This document shows positions 35,835-47,776 of a stretch of DNA of 64,000 nt, in pieces. The position numbers and the translations under genes were made by a program. Location: positions 5,520,001 through 5,584,000 of the forward strand of contig CM075993.1 in the NCBI GenBank assembly GCA_038087875.1, in the 5' to 3' direction. The notes under the pieces are model-generated. The model ran no database searches. It was not told where the DNA came from and worked only from the letters and a program-made list of their open reading frames with translations. This stretch comes from Malacoraja senta (taxonomy: Eukaryota). Each line of letters begins with the position of its first letter. The first letter of the stretch is position 1.

Positions 35835-36600
35835 CCCACCCCAACCACCCCCCCCCTTCCCCCAACCCAACCTCTCAAACCCAAACCCAACCACCCCCCT
35901 CCCCAACCTCTCAAACTCAACCACCTCTCCCAAACCCAACCACCCCCCTCCCACCTCTCAAACCCAAACATCTCCCAAAACCCAACCACCCCCCCCAAAC
36001 CCAACCTCTCAAATCCAAACCTCTCCCAAACTCAACCACCCCCCTCCCACCTCTCAAACCCAAACATCTCCCAAAACCCAACCACCCCACCCCCAAACCC
36101 AACCTCTCAAATCCAAACCTCTCCCAAACTCAACCACTCCACCCCCCCAAACCCAACCTCTCCCAAACCCAAACACCCCCCACCCCCAACCTCTCAAATC
36201 CAAACCTCTCCCAAACTCAACCACCCCCCCCCAAACCCAACCTCTCCCAAACTCAACCACTCCCCACCCCCAAACCCAACCTCTCCCAAACCCAAACACC
36301 CCCCCAACCCAACATCTCAAACCCATTCCTTCCCCAAACCCAACCACCCCCCCCCCAAACCCAACCTCTCCCAAACCCAAACACCCCCCCAACCCAACAT
36401 CTCAAACCCATTCCTTCCCCAAACCCAACCACCCCCCCCCAAACCCAACCTCTCCCAAACCCAAACACCCCCCCAACCCAACATCTCAAACCCATTCCTT
36501 CCCCAAACCCAAACACCCCCCCAACCCAACATCTCAAACCCATTGCTTCCCCAAACCCAAACACCCACCCACACCCCCCCCCACACACACACACACACAC
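35835..36600. repeat. CCCAAA/CCCAAC-rich higher-order tandem repeat (G-rich on minus)
   Basis: Blocks of ~85 bp such as AAACCCAACCTCTCCCAAACCCAAACACCCCCCCAACCCAACATCTCAAACCCATTCC repeated. Confidence 0.9.
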
Positions 36601-36670
36601 CACTATTGACTCCACGGTCCAGGGAACGAAGAACATCTACAGAGAACAGGAGGTTGTAGCTCTTCACAGC

Positions 36671-36686
36671 GGCTCTTGAAAGAGCC
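36671..36686 (-). terminator. Histone-type 3' stem-loop with HDE-like motif
   Basis: CCCAACAAA-GGCTCT-TTCA-AGAGCC-GCTGTGAAGAGCTACAACCTC. Confidence 0.7.
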
Positions 36687-36943
36687 TTTGTTGGGCTTGA
36701 GGTGGGGGGAGAGAAGGTGAGGTAAGGGCAGGTGAGGATGAAGGGGTAAATGAGGGTTGAGGATGGCGGAGAGGTTACGGAGTGGTGGGAGATAAGGTTA
36801 CATGTAGGGTTGGTCATGGTGAGGGGGGTGGGGGGGGTTGGTGAAGGAGGGTGAGCGGGACATCCCCCGGCCGGCCGTCCCACCACCATCCGTCCCGCAC
36901 GACGCCGCCCCCGCTTGTCCACGCTGTCCCTCCACCGCTGCCC

Positions 36944-36999
36944 CTTATATACCCGCCCACTGACCCGCGCTCCGGCCAATCACCTGGACAATGACGCAA
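36944..36999 (-). promoter_or_regulatory. Pol II core promoter (TATA, GC box, CCAAT, CRE-like)
   Basis: TATATAAG 36951-36944, GGGCGG 36958-36953, CCAAT 36976-36980, TGACGCAA 36992-36999 in a CpG-rich patch. Confidence 0.7.
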
Positions 37000-37229
37000 C
37001 CAACCCTCTGGCGTCCTTTGTCTGAGCCCCACCGTGAAAAGCGCGCCAACCCCAGAAGCAGAGACACATTCCTTCTCTCCAGAGTTGTCCCACCCGCTGA
37101 GTTACTGACTCCAGCTTTTTTTTGTCATTCTATGCAAAACAATTAAAACACCTGCAGTTTCTTGTGTCTACAACATCTCTCACTTAGTGTCATTCACTGA
37201 TCCATAGCTTCCTACAGCAGCAGAGTCAT

Positions 37230-37880
37230 AGTGTGGAAACTCGCCCACACAGCCAACAATGTCCCAGCTACACTAGTCCCACTTGCCTGGGCTTGGTCCA
37301 TATCCCTCCAAACCTGTCCCATCCATCTACCTGTCCAACTGTTTCTTAAACGATGGGATAGTCCCAGCCTCAACTACCTCCTCTGGCAGCTTGTTCCATA
37401 CACCCACCACCCTCTGTGTGAAAAAGTTACCTCCCGGATTTTGGGGAAGTCCAGGACAAGGGGGTCACAGCTTAAGGATAAGGGGGCAATCCTTTAAGAC
37501 CGAGATGAGGAAAAACTTTTTCACACAGAGAGTGGTGAATCTCTGGAACTCTCTGCCACAGAGGGTAGTTGAGGCCAGTTCATTGGCTATATTTAAGAGG
37601 GAGTTAGATGTGGCCCTTGTGGCTAAAGGGATCAGGGGGTATGGAGAGAAGGCAGGTACGGGATACTGAGTTGGATGATCAGCCACGATCATATTGAATG
37701 GCGGTGCAGGCTCGAAGGGCCGAATGGCCTACTCCTGCATCTATTTTCTATGTATCTATGTATCTATTCCTATTAAATGTTTTCCCCTTCACCTAGAACC
37801 TCTGTCCTCTGGTCCTCGATTTCCCTACTCTGGGTAAAAGACTCTGTGCATCTACCCGATCCATTCCTCTCATGATTTTG
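37230..37880. mobile_element. CR1 fragment (+, ~37440-37768) nested in an opposite-strand CR1 of the second subfamily
   Basis: Host sequence ..GAAAAAGTTACCTCCCGGATT / CCTATTAAATG.. resumes after the insert tail. Confidence 0.75.
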
Positions 37881-38732
37881 TCGTCTGTCTGACAGCGATC
37901 CCTGTGCTACGGATTATTCAACAGACCAAGACAAACATGGCGTGTGTGAAGGAACAGCAGATGCTGGTTTAAAGACACACAATGCCGGAGTAACTCGGCG
38001 GGACAGGCAGCATCTCTGGAGAAAAGGAATGGGTGACGTTTCGGGTCGAGACCCTTCTTCAGACACATCATCATCAGTACAATCAGATTGAAAGTCAAAG
38101 CTAAAGGCCTGAAGGAAAAAAAGTCACATTTCTAAGCCTTTATATTTATGCCTGTTGCTTTGAAATGTAATGAAGATCCATTATTAACCAGTAACTCCAA
38201 CAGGATTGGAACATGCGATGGCAAATAACCAGAGTCAAAACTTAGACACAAGAAGCTGGAGGAACTCAGCAAGTCAGACATGCTGCTGCCTGTCCCGCTG
38301 AGTTACTCCAGATTTTTTTCCGTCTATCTTCGGTTTAAATCAGCATCTGCAGTTCCTTCCTACACAGAGTCAGTCCTGGGTCTCCTCCATTGTCAGAGTG
38401 AAGCTAAATGCAAATTGTGGAAACAGCATCTCATATTTCGCTTGGGCAGCTTACAGCCCAGCGGTATAAATTAGGTTTGTCACTTCAGGTCGCCACGGCA
38501 TGGCCTCTCTCTCTCTCTATCCCTCCCCCACCCAATTCGCACCAGCTTCTCGTTTTCACCCAACAAACAGCTAACAATGGCCTGTTTCCTTTATCATCGT
38601 TACTTTTTTGCATTTCTTTTATTCATTGTTCTTTATCTCTCTACATCATCTATATCTCTCGTTTCCCTTATCCCTAACCAGTCTGAATGGGACTCGACCC
38701 GAAACCTCACCCATTCCTTCTCTCCAGAGATG

Positions 38733-39325
38733 GATGGAGAGGAGACGTTTGCCCACCTCTTCGCAGAGTGTGGATTTGCAAAGAGAGTCTGGAGAGGTCT
38801 GCAAGGGTCCCTGTCACGGTTTATTCCAAACAGCTCCGTCACAGAGAACTCTGTGATTTACGGACTGTTCCCAGGGACGCATTCAGAGACGGACATCGAG
38901 TGCTGCTGGAAGGTCATCAACTCGGTGAAAGATGCTCTTTGGTCGGCCCGAGCGTTGTTTACCACCCAGCAGAGCGAGATGTCCGTCAGGGAATGTTACC
39001 GACTGGCCCGCTGCAGACTGCAGGAGTACGTGCTGAGGGACGCACTGAAGCTCGGTGCAGCCAACGCCAAGGCTCGGTGGGGGAGGGCCACAGTCTAGGG
39101 TCCTTCCGCTGTTGGACATGGGGGGCAGGGTGTGGTGGAGACGCCCCTCAAAACAAGGGAAAGCATTCCACGTCAGTAGACCTCATGAGTGGCAAGGGTG
39201 GGGGACAAATTTGCGAAATTTGAACAATGTATGTAGACTGTATTGAATAATTTGTATAGCCTCCGGAAATGTCGGATGAATGTTTGCACGGTTTATGTAT
39301 TGTATATTTATTACCTGAATAAAGT
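38733..39325 (+). mobile_element. Tx1-like (L1 clade) LINE 3' fragment
   Basis: EETFAHLFAECGFAKRVW..WKVINSVKDALWSAR..RWGRATV*, followed by a 3' UTR with AATAAA. Confidence 0.8.
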
Positions 39326-39503
39326 CTGCCTTCCAGTCAAAGCTTAAGCTGGTTTAAGGGTTGCTGTGCTCAACCCTTCATTTCAGCATTCCATGCCCTC
39401 TGGCGTCTCCATAATGCAACTGTTGTGGAGATTTAGAATCCCACACCAGGAACTTGAGCACAGGAATCACACCAGAGGGCAAACAATATTGGAAGACCTG
39501 TCC

Positions 39504-40265
39504 TAGAAACATAGAAAATAGGTGCAGGAGTAGGCCATTCGGCCCTTCGAGCCAGCACCGCCATTCAATGTGATCATGGCTGATCATCCAACTCAGTATC
39601 CCGTACCTGCCTTCTCTCCATACTCCCTGATCCCTTTAGCCACAAGGGCCACATCTAACTCCCTCTTAAGTATAGCCAATGAACTGGCCTCAACTACCCT
39701 CTGTGGCAGAGAGTTCCTGAGATTCACCACTCTCTGTGTGAAAAATGTTTTTCTCATCTCGGTCCTAAAGGATTTCCCCTTTATCCTTAAACTGTGACCC
39801 CTTGTCCTGGACTTCCCCAACATCGGGAACAATCTTCCTGCATCTAGCCTGTCCAACCCCTTAAGAATTTTGTACGTTTCTATAAGATCCCCTCTCAATC
39901 TCCTAAATTCTAGCGAGTATAAGCCAAGTCTATCCAGTCTTTCTTCATATGAAAGTCCTGACATCCCAGGAATCAGTCTGGTGAACCTTCTCTGTACTCC
40001 CTCTATGGCAAGAATGTCTTTCCTCAGATTTGGAGACCAAAACTGTACGCAATACTCCAGGTGTGGTCTCACCAAGACCCTGTACAACTGCAGTAGAACC
40101 TCCCTGCTCCTATACTCAAATCCTTTTGCTATGAATGCTAACATACCATTCGCTTTCTTCACTGCCTGCTGCACCTGCATGCCTACTTTCAATGACTGGT
40201 GTACCATGACACCCAGGTCTCGTTGCATCTCCCCTTTACCTAATCGGCCACCATTTAGATAATAT
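39504..40265 (-). mobile_element. Young CR1 LINE 3' fragment
   Basis: Open ~220-aa RT C-terminus, near-identical to 18452-19209. Confidence 0.92.
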
Positions 40266-40790
40266 CCTAGGATGTGGGACAAGAACCAAGACCCAGGCTC
40301 TCAGGCAGACGGTGAAGGCCCCACAGAGCTACCACTGTGTGGCCTGGATAGTGTGGATGTGGAGAGGATGTTTCCACTAGTGGGAGAGGCTAGAACCAGA
40401 AGCCTTAGCCTCGGAATAAAAGGACGTACCTTTAGAAAGGAGATGAGAAGGAACTTCTTTGGCCAGAGGGTGGAATTCATGGCCACAGACGGCTGTGGAG
40501 GCCAAGTCAATGGATATTTTTATGGCGGAGATTAGTACAGGTGTCTTGATTAGTACAGGTGTCAGGGGTTAAGAGGAGAAGCAGGAGAATGGGGTTGAGA
40601 GGGAAAGATAAATCAGCCATGATTGAATGGCGGAGTAGACTTGATGGGCCGAATGGCTTTATTCTGCTCCTAGAATTTACGAACTGGCAAGAGCTAGTAG
40701 ACTGTGTCACAGTCATAAAAAAGGACATTGACTCTTTTTCTGTGTACTAGCTGGTTTAATACAAGGTTCTCACAGCAGCACGAGTTTCAT

Positions 40791-40796
40791 TTTATT
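40791..40796 (-). terminator. Candidate TUBGCP4 polyadenylation signal
   Basis: First AATAAA I found on minus downstream of the stop; ATTAAA also at 40760-40755. Confidence 0.4.
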
Positions 40797-42681
40797 TAGC
40801 TCTGCTTACAAAACGGGATGAGCGTACACAGAAAAAACAATAGCTTCGCTTTCATCTGTAGGCACAATGGATTTAACACTGGATTGAGTGATAAGAGGAA
40901 CCAGCATATGGAATAATGGTGAAGAGAAACAAAATGATGAAGTAACTCAGCGGGACAGGCAGCATCTCTGGTGGTGACGATGAAGAGTCTGCAGAAGGGT
41001 CTGGACCCGAAACGTCACCCATTCCTTCTCTCCAGAGACGCTGTCTGTCCTGCTGAGTTACTCCAGCATTTTGTGTCCATCTTCGGTGTAAACCAGCATC
41101 TGCAGTTCTTTCCTACACAATGGAATAATGACTGTTGGCTGTGTGTGTGCTCCAGGAATCTCACCAAGTCAGGAGCTTCTCTGAACTTTAGACTTTAGAG
41201 ATACAGCGCGGAAACGGTCCCTTCAGCCCAGAGTCCGCGCCGACCAGCGATCCCCGCGTACACTAACACTATCGTACACACTGGGGATTTTTCAATTTTA
41301 ACCAAAGCCAGTTAACCTACCAACCTGTACGTCTTTGGAGGTGTGGGAGGAAACCGGAGAAACCCCATGCGGTCACAGGAAGAACGTACAAACTCTGCCT
41401 AGACAGCCCCTGTAGTCAGGATCGATCCCGGTCTCTGGAGCTGTAAGGGAACAACTCTACTGCTGCGCCACTGTGACGAACCAGTGGATGCCATAGCATG
41501 TGAACTGGCATTACACCACTTTCTCACACCTAGCACACTTGGCCATTTATAGCGGTGCCAGTGAAAGGAACAACGCTCCCTCCACTATGTGGCTTGGACC
41601 CAAAGCCCTGTTGGCTAAAGACCCAGGAGCATTGAGAGAGTCTTCAACGGTTGCATGCGATTCCCAAATCAGTATAACATCGTGTGATGGACAATTCATT
41701 GCAGTGGGGAGGTCGGCTGGATAGAGGAGACTCCATTGAACACCCAGGGCGGGTGAGTGGACACTTTGAGAACTGGGAACAGATCGCGTTTGAAGCAGCA
41801 CAAAGCACTGACATCAATGAGTTCAATTTAAGACCATGCCCTTTACAAATCCCACACACCTAGGACAGGAACAAGACGGAAGACATTCCCAATTAATCGA
41901 ACCAAGTTTGGGAAAGGTGCCTGGTGATTTCACAAGGAGGATTTTTCTAAGGGTCTTTGACAGACCAATCACAATGGGTAAAGGAGGCTGAAACTCTGGG
42001 AAGAGTCGATCTATTTGTTCTCATCATCTCAGTCCGTTCCCATCTCACCTGGGTCAGTCCGTTCATCTCACCTGGGTCAGTCCATTCATCTCACCTGGCA
42101 ATGCTCCTCCTTTGAGGTTGAGTGATGAGTTGACAGCAGCCCAAGACGAAAGGGAACCGAGATTGCTCAGAATCAGCAACAGCAGTCACACAGGCGCAGA
42201 ACTGTGCGGTGATTGTTTGTAAAATGGCAGGGAAAACTAAGACACAAAAAGCTGGAGTAACTCAGCGGGGCAAGGCAGCATCTCTGGAGAGAAGGAATGA
42301 GACCGAAGAAGGGTCTCGCCCCGAAACGTCACCTATTCCTTTTCTCCAGAGATGTCCCGCTGAGATCCTCCAGCTTTTTGTGTCTATCTTCGGTGTAAAC
42401 CAGCGTCTGCAGTTCCTTCCAACACTGACTCCAGGCCTGGATTCATCGAGTGTGTCGGTGGGAGTGGCATCGTGTCAGGAGACTCAGTCCCGGGTGTTAG
42501 TCTAGAGGAGCAGAGACTGCGACGTGAAGCCGTGCCCTCCGGTGTCGATTGGAGCAGCAGCTTCCCCAGAGATATGTGCAGGTGGCTCAGGTGTGGCCCG
42601 GCGAGGTCGCGTACACCGTCGACCTGTCAGCTGCACCGCAGACCAGTGAAGGCGAGGAGCCGACACCTCCAGAGGCTCTGG

Positions 42682-42694
42682 TCAGATGCCAAAA
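42682..42694 (-). CDS. TUBGCP4: TUBGCP4 last coding exon
   Basis: tttttcAG/T TTT GGC ATC TGA completes (S)FGI*, versus human SFGM*. Confidence 0.9.
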
Positions 42695-42821
42695 CTGAAA
42701 AAGAATGAAAGACATGGTCAGAGATAAACTTTGCAGTGGTAAATCTAATTTTAGTTTAGTTTAGAGATGCAGGCCCTTCACCTTCGAGTTAACGCCAACC
42801 AGCGATCACCTCGTACACTAA

Positions 42822-43170
42822 TAATAATAATAATAATGGATTGGATTTATATAGCGGCTTTCTAATACTCAAGACGCTTTACATCGCATTATTCATTCAC
42901 TCCTCAGTCACACTCGGTGGTGGTGAGCTACTTCTGTAGCCACAGCTGCCCTGGGGCAGACTGACGGAAGCGTGGCTGCTAATCTGCGCCTACGGCCCCT
43001 CCGACCACCACCAATCACTCACACACATTCACACACATTCACACGCAGGCAAAGGTGGGTGAAGTGTCTTGCCCAAGGACACAACGACAGTATGCACTCC
43101 AAGCGGGATTCGAACCGGCTACCTTCTGGTTGCCAGCCGAACACTTAGCCCATTGCGCCATCTGTCTTCC
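42822..43170 (-). mobile_element. tRNA-derived CORE-type SINE with L2 tail, nested in an HE1-like SINE
   Basis: A box GATGGCGCAATGG, B box GGTTCGAATCCC, CORE-like CCTTGGGCAAGACACTT, tail GTAAAGCGTCTTGAG..CGCTATATAAAT and (ATT)n. Confidence 0.75.
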
Positions 43171-44307
43171 TAGCACTAGCACTATCCTACACACACTAGG
43201 GATTTTGATCATTTTGACACTTGGTAAAATTTTACAATTTTAACAAACCAATTAACCCAATACCTCTGCTCAGTTCGCATTAGCCAACCTGATCTCTCCG
43301 ACCCGGTGGCTCAGCACTTCAACTCCTCCCCCCCATTCCGAATCCGACCTTTCTGTCCTGAGCCTCCTCCATGGCCAGGGTGAGTCCCACCGTAAATTGG
43401 AGCAGCACCACCTCATATTTCGCTTGGGTGGTTCACACCCCGGTGGTATGAACATTGACTTCTCCAATTTCTTGCTTTCCCCCTCCTTCCCCTCCCCTTC
43501 CCAGCTCTTCCACAGCCTACTGTCTCCGCCTCTTCCTTTCTTCTTCCCGCCCCACCCCCACATCAGTCTGAAGAAGGGTCTCGACCCGAAACGTCACCTA
43601 TTCCTTCGCTCCATAGATGCTGCCTCACCCGCTGAGTTTCTCCAGCACTTTTGTCAACCTGCAGTCAGTAAGTCAGTCCATTATAACCAAACTCCATTAC
43701 AATGGGATCCGTTTATAAAAAGGAATTACTGTACTGTATAACTGCAGTGCTGAATCCTACCAGACTGCATTTAATCCCAATTATCTAACAGCCCATAGAC
43801 TTGTACAGTACAGAAACAAATCTTTCATTCAGCCAACTACAAAATGTAGTTACAGATGTTGAAAGTCCATAAGAAGATCAGAGAAATGCTATCAGAAGAT
43901 CAGGCAGCAAGCATCCATAGAGAGAAAAACTGACCCTAAACATCGACCATTTCTCTCTGCACGGATGCTGCCTGATTCTAGACACAAAATGCTGGAGGAA
44001 CTCAGCGGGACAGGCAGCATCTCTGGAGAGAAAGAATGGGTGACGTTTCGGGCCGAGACCCTTCTTCAGATCTCGAGATGGGGCTCGACCTGAAATGTCA
44101 CCTTCTCTCCAGAGATGCTGGCTGTCCCGCCGAGTTACTCCAGCATTTTGTGTCTATCTTCGGTTTAAACCAGCATCTGCAGTTCCTTCCTACACATGCT
44201 GCCTGATTCTTCCAGCACTTTGTGTTTTGGAGGCAGGAATTGAACCCCACTGCATATTTAACCAGCGAGTTGCATTGACGTGGTACAGAGCCCACTGGCC
44301 ATCTTAC

Positions 44308-44447
44308 CTTCCGAGCGTGCCTCCTGACTGCGTGTAGTACTTGTTGTAGTCCAATCTCAGCAGGAGCTGGGCCAGGTCGGAGTTAATCTGGTGATTGCGA
44401 ACGCTCGACAGGATCTTGAAGAGGAGGGACGACTGGCGACTGAAACC
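44308..44447 (-). CDS. TUBGCP4: TUBGCP4 exon
   Basis: GFSRQSSLLFKILSSVRNHQINSDLAQLLLRLDYNKYYTQSGGTLG; 140 nt. Confidence 0.98.
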
Positions 44448-44976
44448 CTGGGAACCGCCCAAAACAACAAGCACATCAGCCTCGGTCAGCAGAAGGATCA
44501 GCCGTGCCTGTGAATGGAACATGCCCTCGCCTGCACAAGTAACAGTGGTGCAGCGGTAGATTTGCTGCCTTTACAGTGCCAGAGACCTGCATTCGATCCT
44601 GACCTCGGGTGCTGCCTGTATGGAGTTTGTACGTTCTCCCTGTGACTGCATGGGTTTTCTCTGGGTGCTCCGGTTTCCTCCCACACTACAAAGACGTGTA
44701 GGTTAATCGGCTCCGTAAATTGTCCCCAGTGTGTAGAATGGAACTAGTGTAAGGGTGATTGTTGGTCGATGCCGACCTGGTGGGCTGAAGGACCAGTTTC
44801 CACTCAGATTTTCTAAACTAAACTAAAACAGTAAAAACATTCAGCCACATCAACGCCAAGGTCATGCAGCTAACTAGAGCCGAGATCCTGACTTCGGGAG
44901 CCATCTGTGCGGAGTTTGCACGTTCTCCCTGTGAGGACATGTGTTTCTCCCGAGTGCTGTGGTTTCCTCCCACTTA

Positions 44977-45215
44977 AGGTCCTGTCCCATTTGGAGATTT
45001 TTTTGGCGTCTGCCGGCATAATTGACTGACGTATCAGGTCACCGAAACTTCGCAGCGTGACGCATCGGTGACGCGGCCTGATGACGTATTGACGCGCGGT
45101 GTTTTTTTCGAGTGTCGCAACGTTTTTTCTTGTCGTCTCTGGATTTTGAAATGTTCAAAATCTTTTGGCGACACTGATATGATGTCGAAAAAAATCGCCA
45201 AGTGGGACAGGCCCG
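44977..45215. mobile_element. Harbinger-like MITE
   Basis: TTA target duplication; inverted relative of 49973-50205. Confidence 0.8.
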
Positions 45216-45506
45216 TTAGAGATGTGTGGACTGATTCCTTTATGGGCTGCTATATATTGCTGCTAGTGTGGTGTTGAGTCATAGAAGGGAATTGATGAGA
45301 ATAAGCGGGAAGGTTAAAATATAGGATGAATGTATTGGTACATGGTCTATTATTGTTTCATGTACAGAGAAACAGTGAAAGCTTCATTTGCGTCTCATCC
45401 ATGTACATGAGTGATGTACAATCAAATCATGTACACGCACAACAGGTAGGGCAAAGAAAAAAATATTGTTCCTTTTGACAGGAAGTGCAGGTTGGTCACT
45501 ACTTAC

Positions 45507-45623
45507 CGTTACAAGAACGCCTAGTTGTGGAGCTCCTCGGTCATCCATGGGACCAGGATTCTGACTAACCAGGGAGCAGAAGTTGTGGCATAATTCCAGG
45601 ATCTCGGTCAGGCAGTGGAACAC
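45507..45623 (-). CDS. TUBGCP4: TUBGCP4 exon
   Basis: VFHCLTEILELCHNFCSLVSQNPGPMDDRGAPQLGVLVT; 117 nt. Confidence 0.97.
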
Positions 45624-46097
45624 CTGCAGAGGAAGGAAACAAACCTGATCAGACATCGTTGATTCATTGAAAAGCTACGCTGGGTCAGTATTAACTGGTG
45701 TGTGTGTGTGCACACAGACATATACATATGTACAATTCAGTACACACCGTGCGCGTGCGTGTGCGTGTCTCTGCGTGTACTGCAGGTGGTGATTTACAAC
45801 GAAGATAAACACAAAACGCTGGAGTAACTCAGCAGGTCACATATGTTTCTGTGTATATATATATATATATATATAAAACGTTTAGAGATTTAGAGAAGCC
45901 AATTACCTACAAGCCCACACGTCTTTGGTATGCGGGGGGAAGCCGGAGCACCCGGAGGAAACACACGCAGGTCATGGGGAGAACATGCAAACTCCACACA
46001 GACAGCGCCCAAGGTCAGGATCGAACCCTGAGAGGCAGCAGCTCTGCCAGCTGTGCCACCCCATGATTCCCGTGCCATGAAAGGGAGGTGTACTCAC

Positions 46098-46232
46098 CGG
46101 TTTGAGCAGGATGAACGACTGGGCCAGCAGGTTACTCAGGAAGTGATCGTGAGCCAGTCGTATGCTTTCAAAGTCCCGGATGGAGTTTATCCGCTGGAGG
46201 AGCTGAGAAAACTGAGACTCGAGGACATCCAC
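46098..46232 (-). CDS. TUBGCP4: TUBGCP4 exon
   Basis: VDVLESQFSQLLQRINSIRDFESIRLAHDHFLSNLLAQSFILLKP; 135 nt. Confidence 0.98.
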
Positions 46233-47776
46233 CTGGAATGGCACAAGGCGGCGTTCAGCATCCGAGGGGAAGAAACTCTGCAAGTACCACACTTGAGGGG
46301 CTTGGATCCCACCAGATGCTAGTGTGCTCTGGGCTAATGCTCACTTCAACTCAATTGCTGCAGATGGCTTTGCAAGGTTGTCATTTTTGCAAGTTTGAAG
46401 TCATAGCTTGGTTCAACATCCTCAGACCCCTGTGTATTGCTGGAGCAAGTAGCTAGTTGGCCATTCTCATCGGCTAGATTCGCACTAACTCTTGCACTTA
46501 GTTCATAAGTAATAGGAGCAGAATTAGGCCATTCGGCCCATCAAGTCTACTCCGCCATTCAATCATGGACGATCTATCTTTCCCTTTTAACCGTATTCTC
46601 CTGTTTTCTACCCATAACCCCTGATACCTGTAATAATCAAGAATATTGTACCCTTTATCTATCTCCTGTGGATGGTTGGATTGTATTGATGTATGGTCTT
46701 GTCTTTGACTGGATCGCATGCAAACAAATCCTTTTCACTGTACCTCGGTACACAAGGCAACAATAAACCCAAACTAAGCTTCCACTGGCCACAGTTGCCA
46801 GTAACTTTGGGCTGTGACTTGCATGAAATTCAGGCTCAGTGAAGACAAGGACGCGGATGAATGGTGGGACTGCCAATTTACCTCCGTAACCAGTGAGACT
46901 TAAGAGTGGACAGGGAACATGTATGGATACAATTTATGTAGAAAGACATTTTAAAGATACCTGAAAAACAAAAGAGGGAGAGGGCAGAAACACTCAAGGG
47001 TAAAGAAGTCAGCGAATGCAAGCAATGTACTAAACAAATACTTTGCATCAATATTTACCACGGAGAAGAACATGGAGATCAGTGTCGGGTAGACTTATAT
47101 GCTAGGACAATTTAAGAGCAAGGAGGTGGTAGTGCTGGGTCTTTAGAAATGCATGATGGCAGAAGGGTCCTCAGGGCCTGATGGGATCTATTATTATTAT
47201 TAAACTTTATTTCAGACTCAAGGTCCAGACAAGAGACGACATTACATACAATACATGTAAAAACACCACATCCCAGGTTATTGAGAGAGGCAAGAGAGGA
47301 GATTGCTGAGGCCTTGACAAATATTTTTGTATCCACTCTATCCATGGTGCGCGATTCTGGAGGACTGGAGAATAGCTAGTGTTGTCCCTTTGTTCAAGAA
47401 GGAAATAGGGACAATCTTAAAAGCCTCGCGTCAGTGGTGGCAAAGACATTGGAGAAGATGGTTTGGTTTAGGATTTACTCATGTTTAGAAGAGAGTAGCA
47501 GTGAAAAGGTGTCATTCTGGCTGAAGATGTGTAGCTAGTGAAGATATATAAATACTTGGATGGGTTGGCAGGTTAAGTTTGCAGGTGTGATGACAATTGG
47601 AGGAGTTGCAGACTGTGAGGAAGGCTGGCAAACGGCACAGCGGGATGTAGATCAGTTACAGAAATGGCAGATGGAGTTTCATCTGAGGGAATTGTGAGAT
47701 GTTGCATTTTGGGAGGTCAAATGTATGGGGTGGTCAAATGTATGATGGCAGAATCTTTAACGGCATCGAGCTGACC

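Noticed and set aside
34160..37000. A conventional histone gene cluster
   Set aside because: No H1, H2A, H2B, H3 or H4 reading frame lies upstream of any stem-loop
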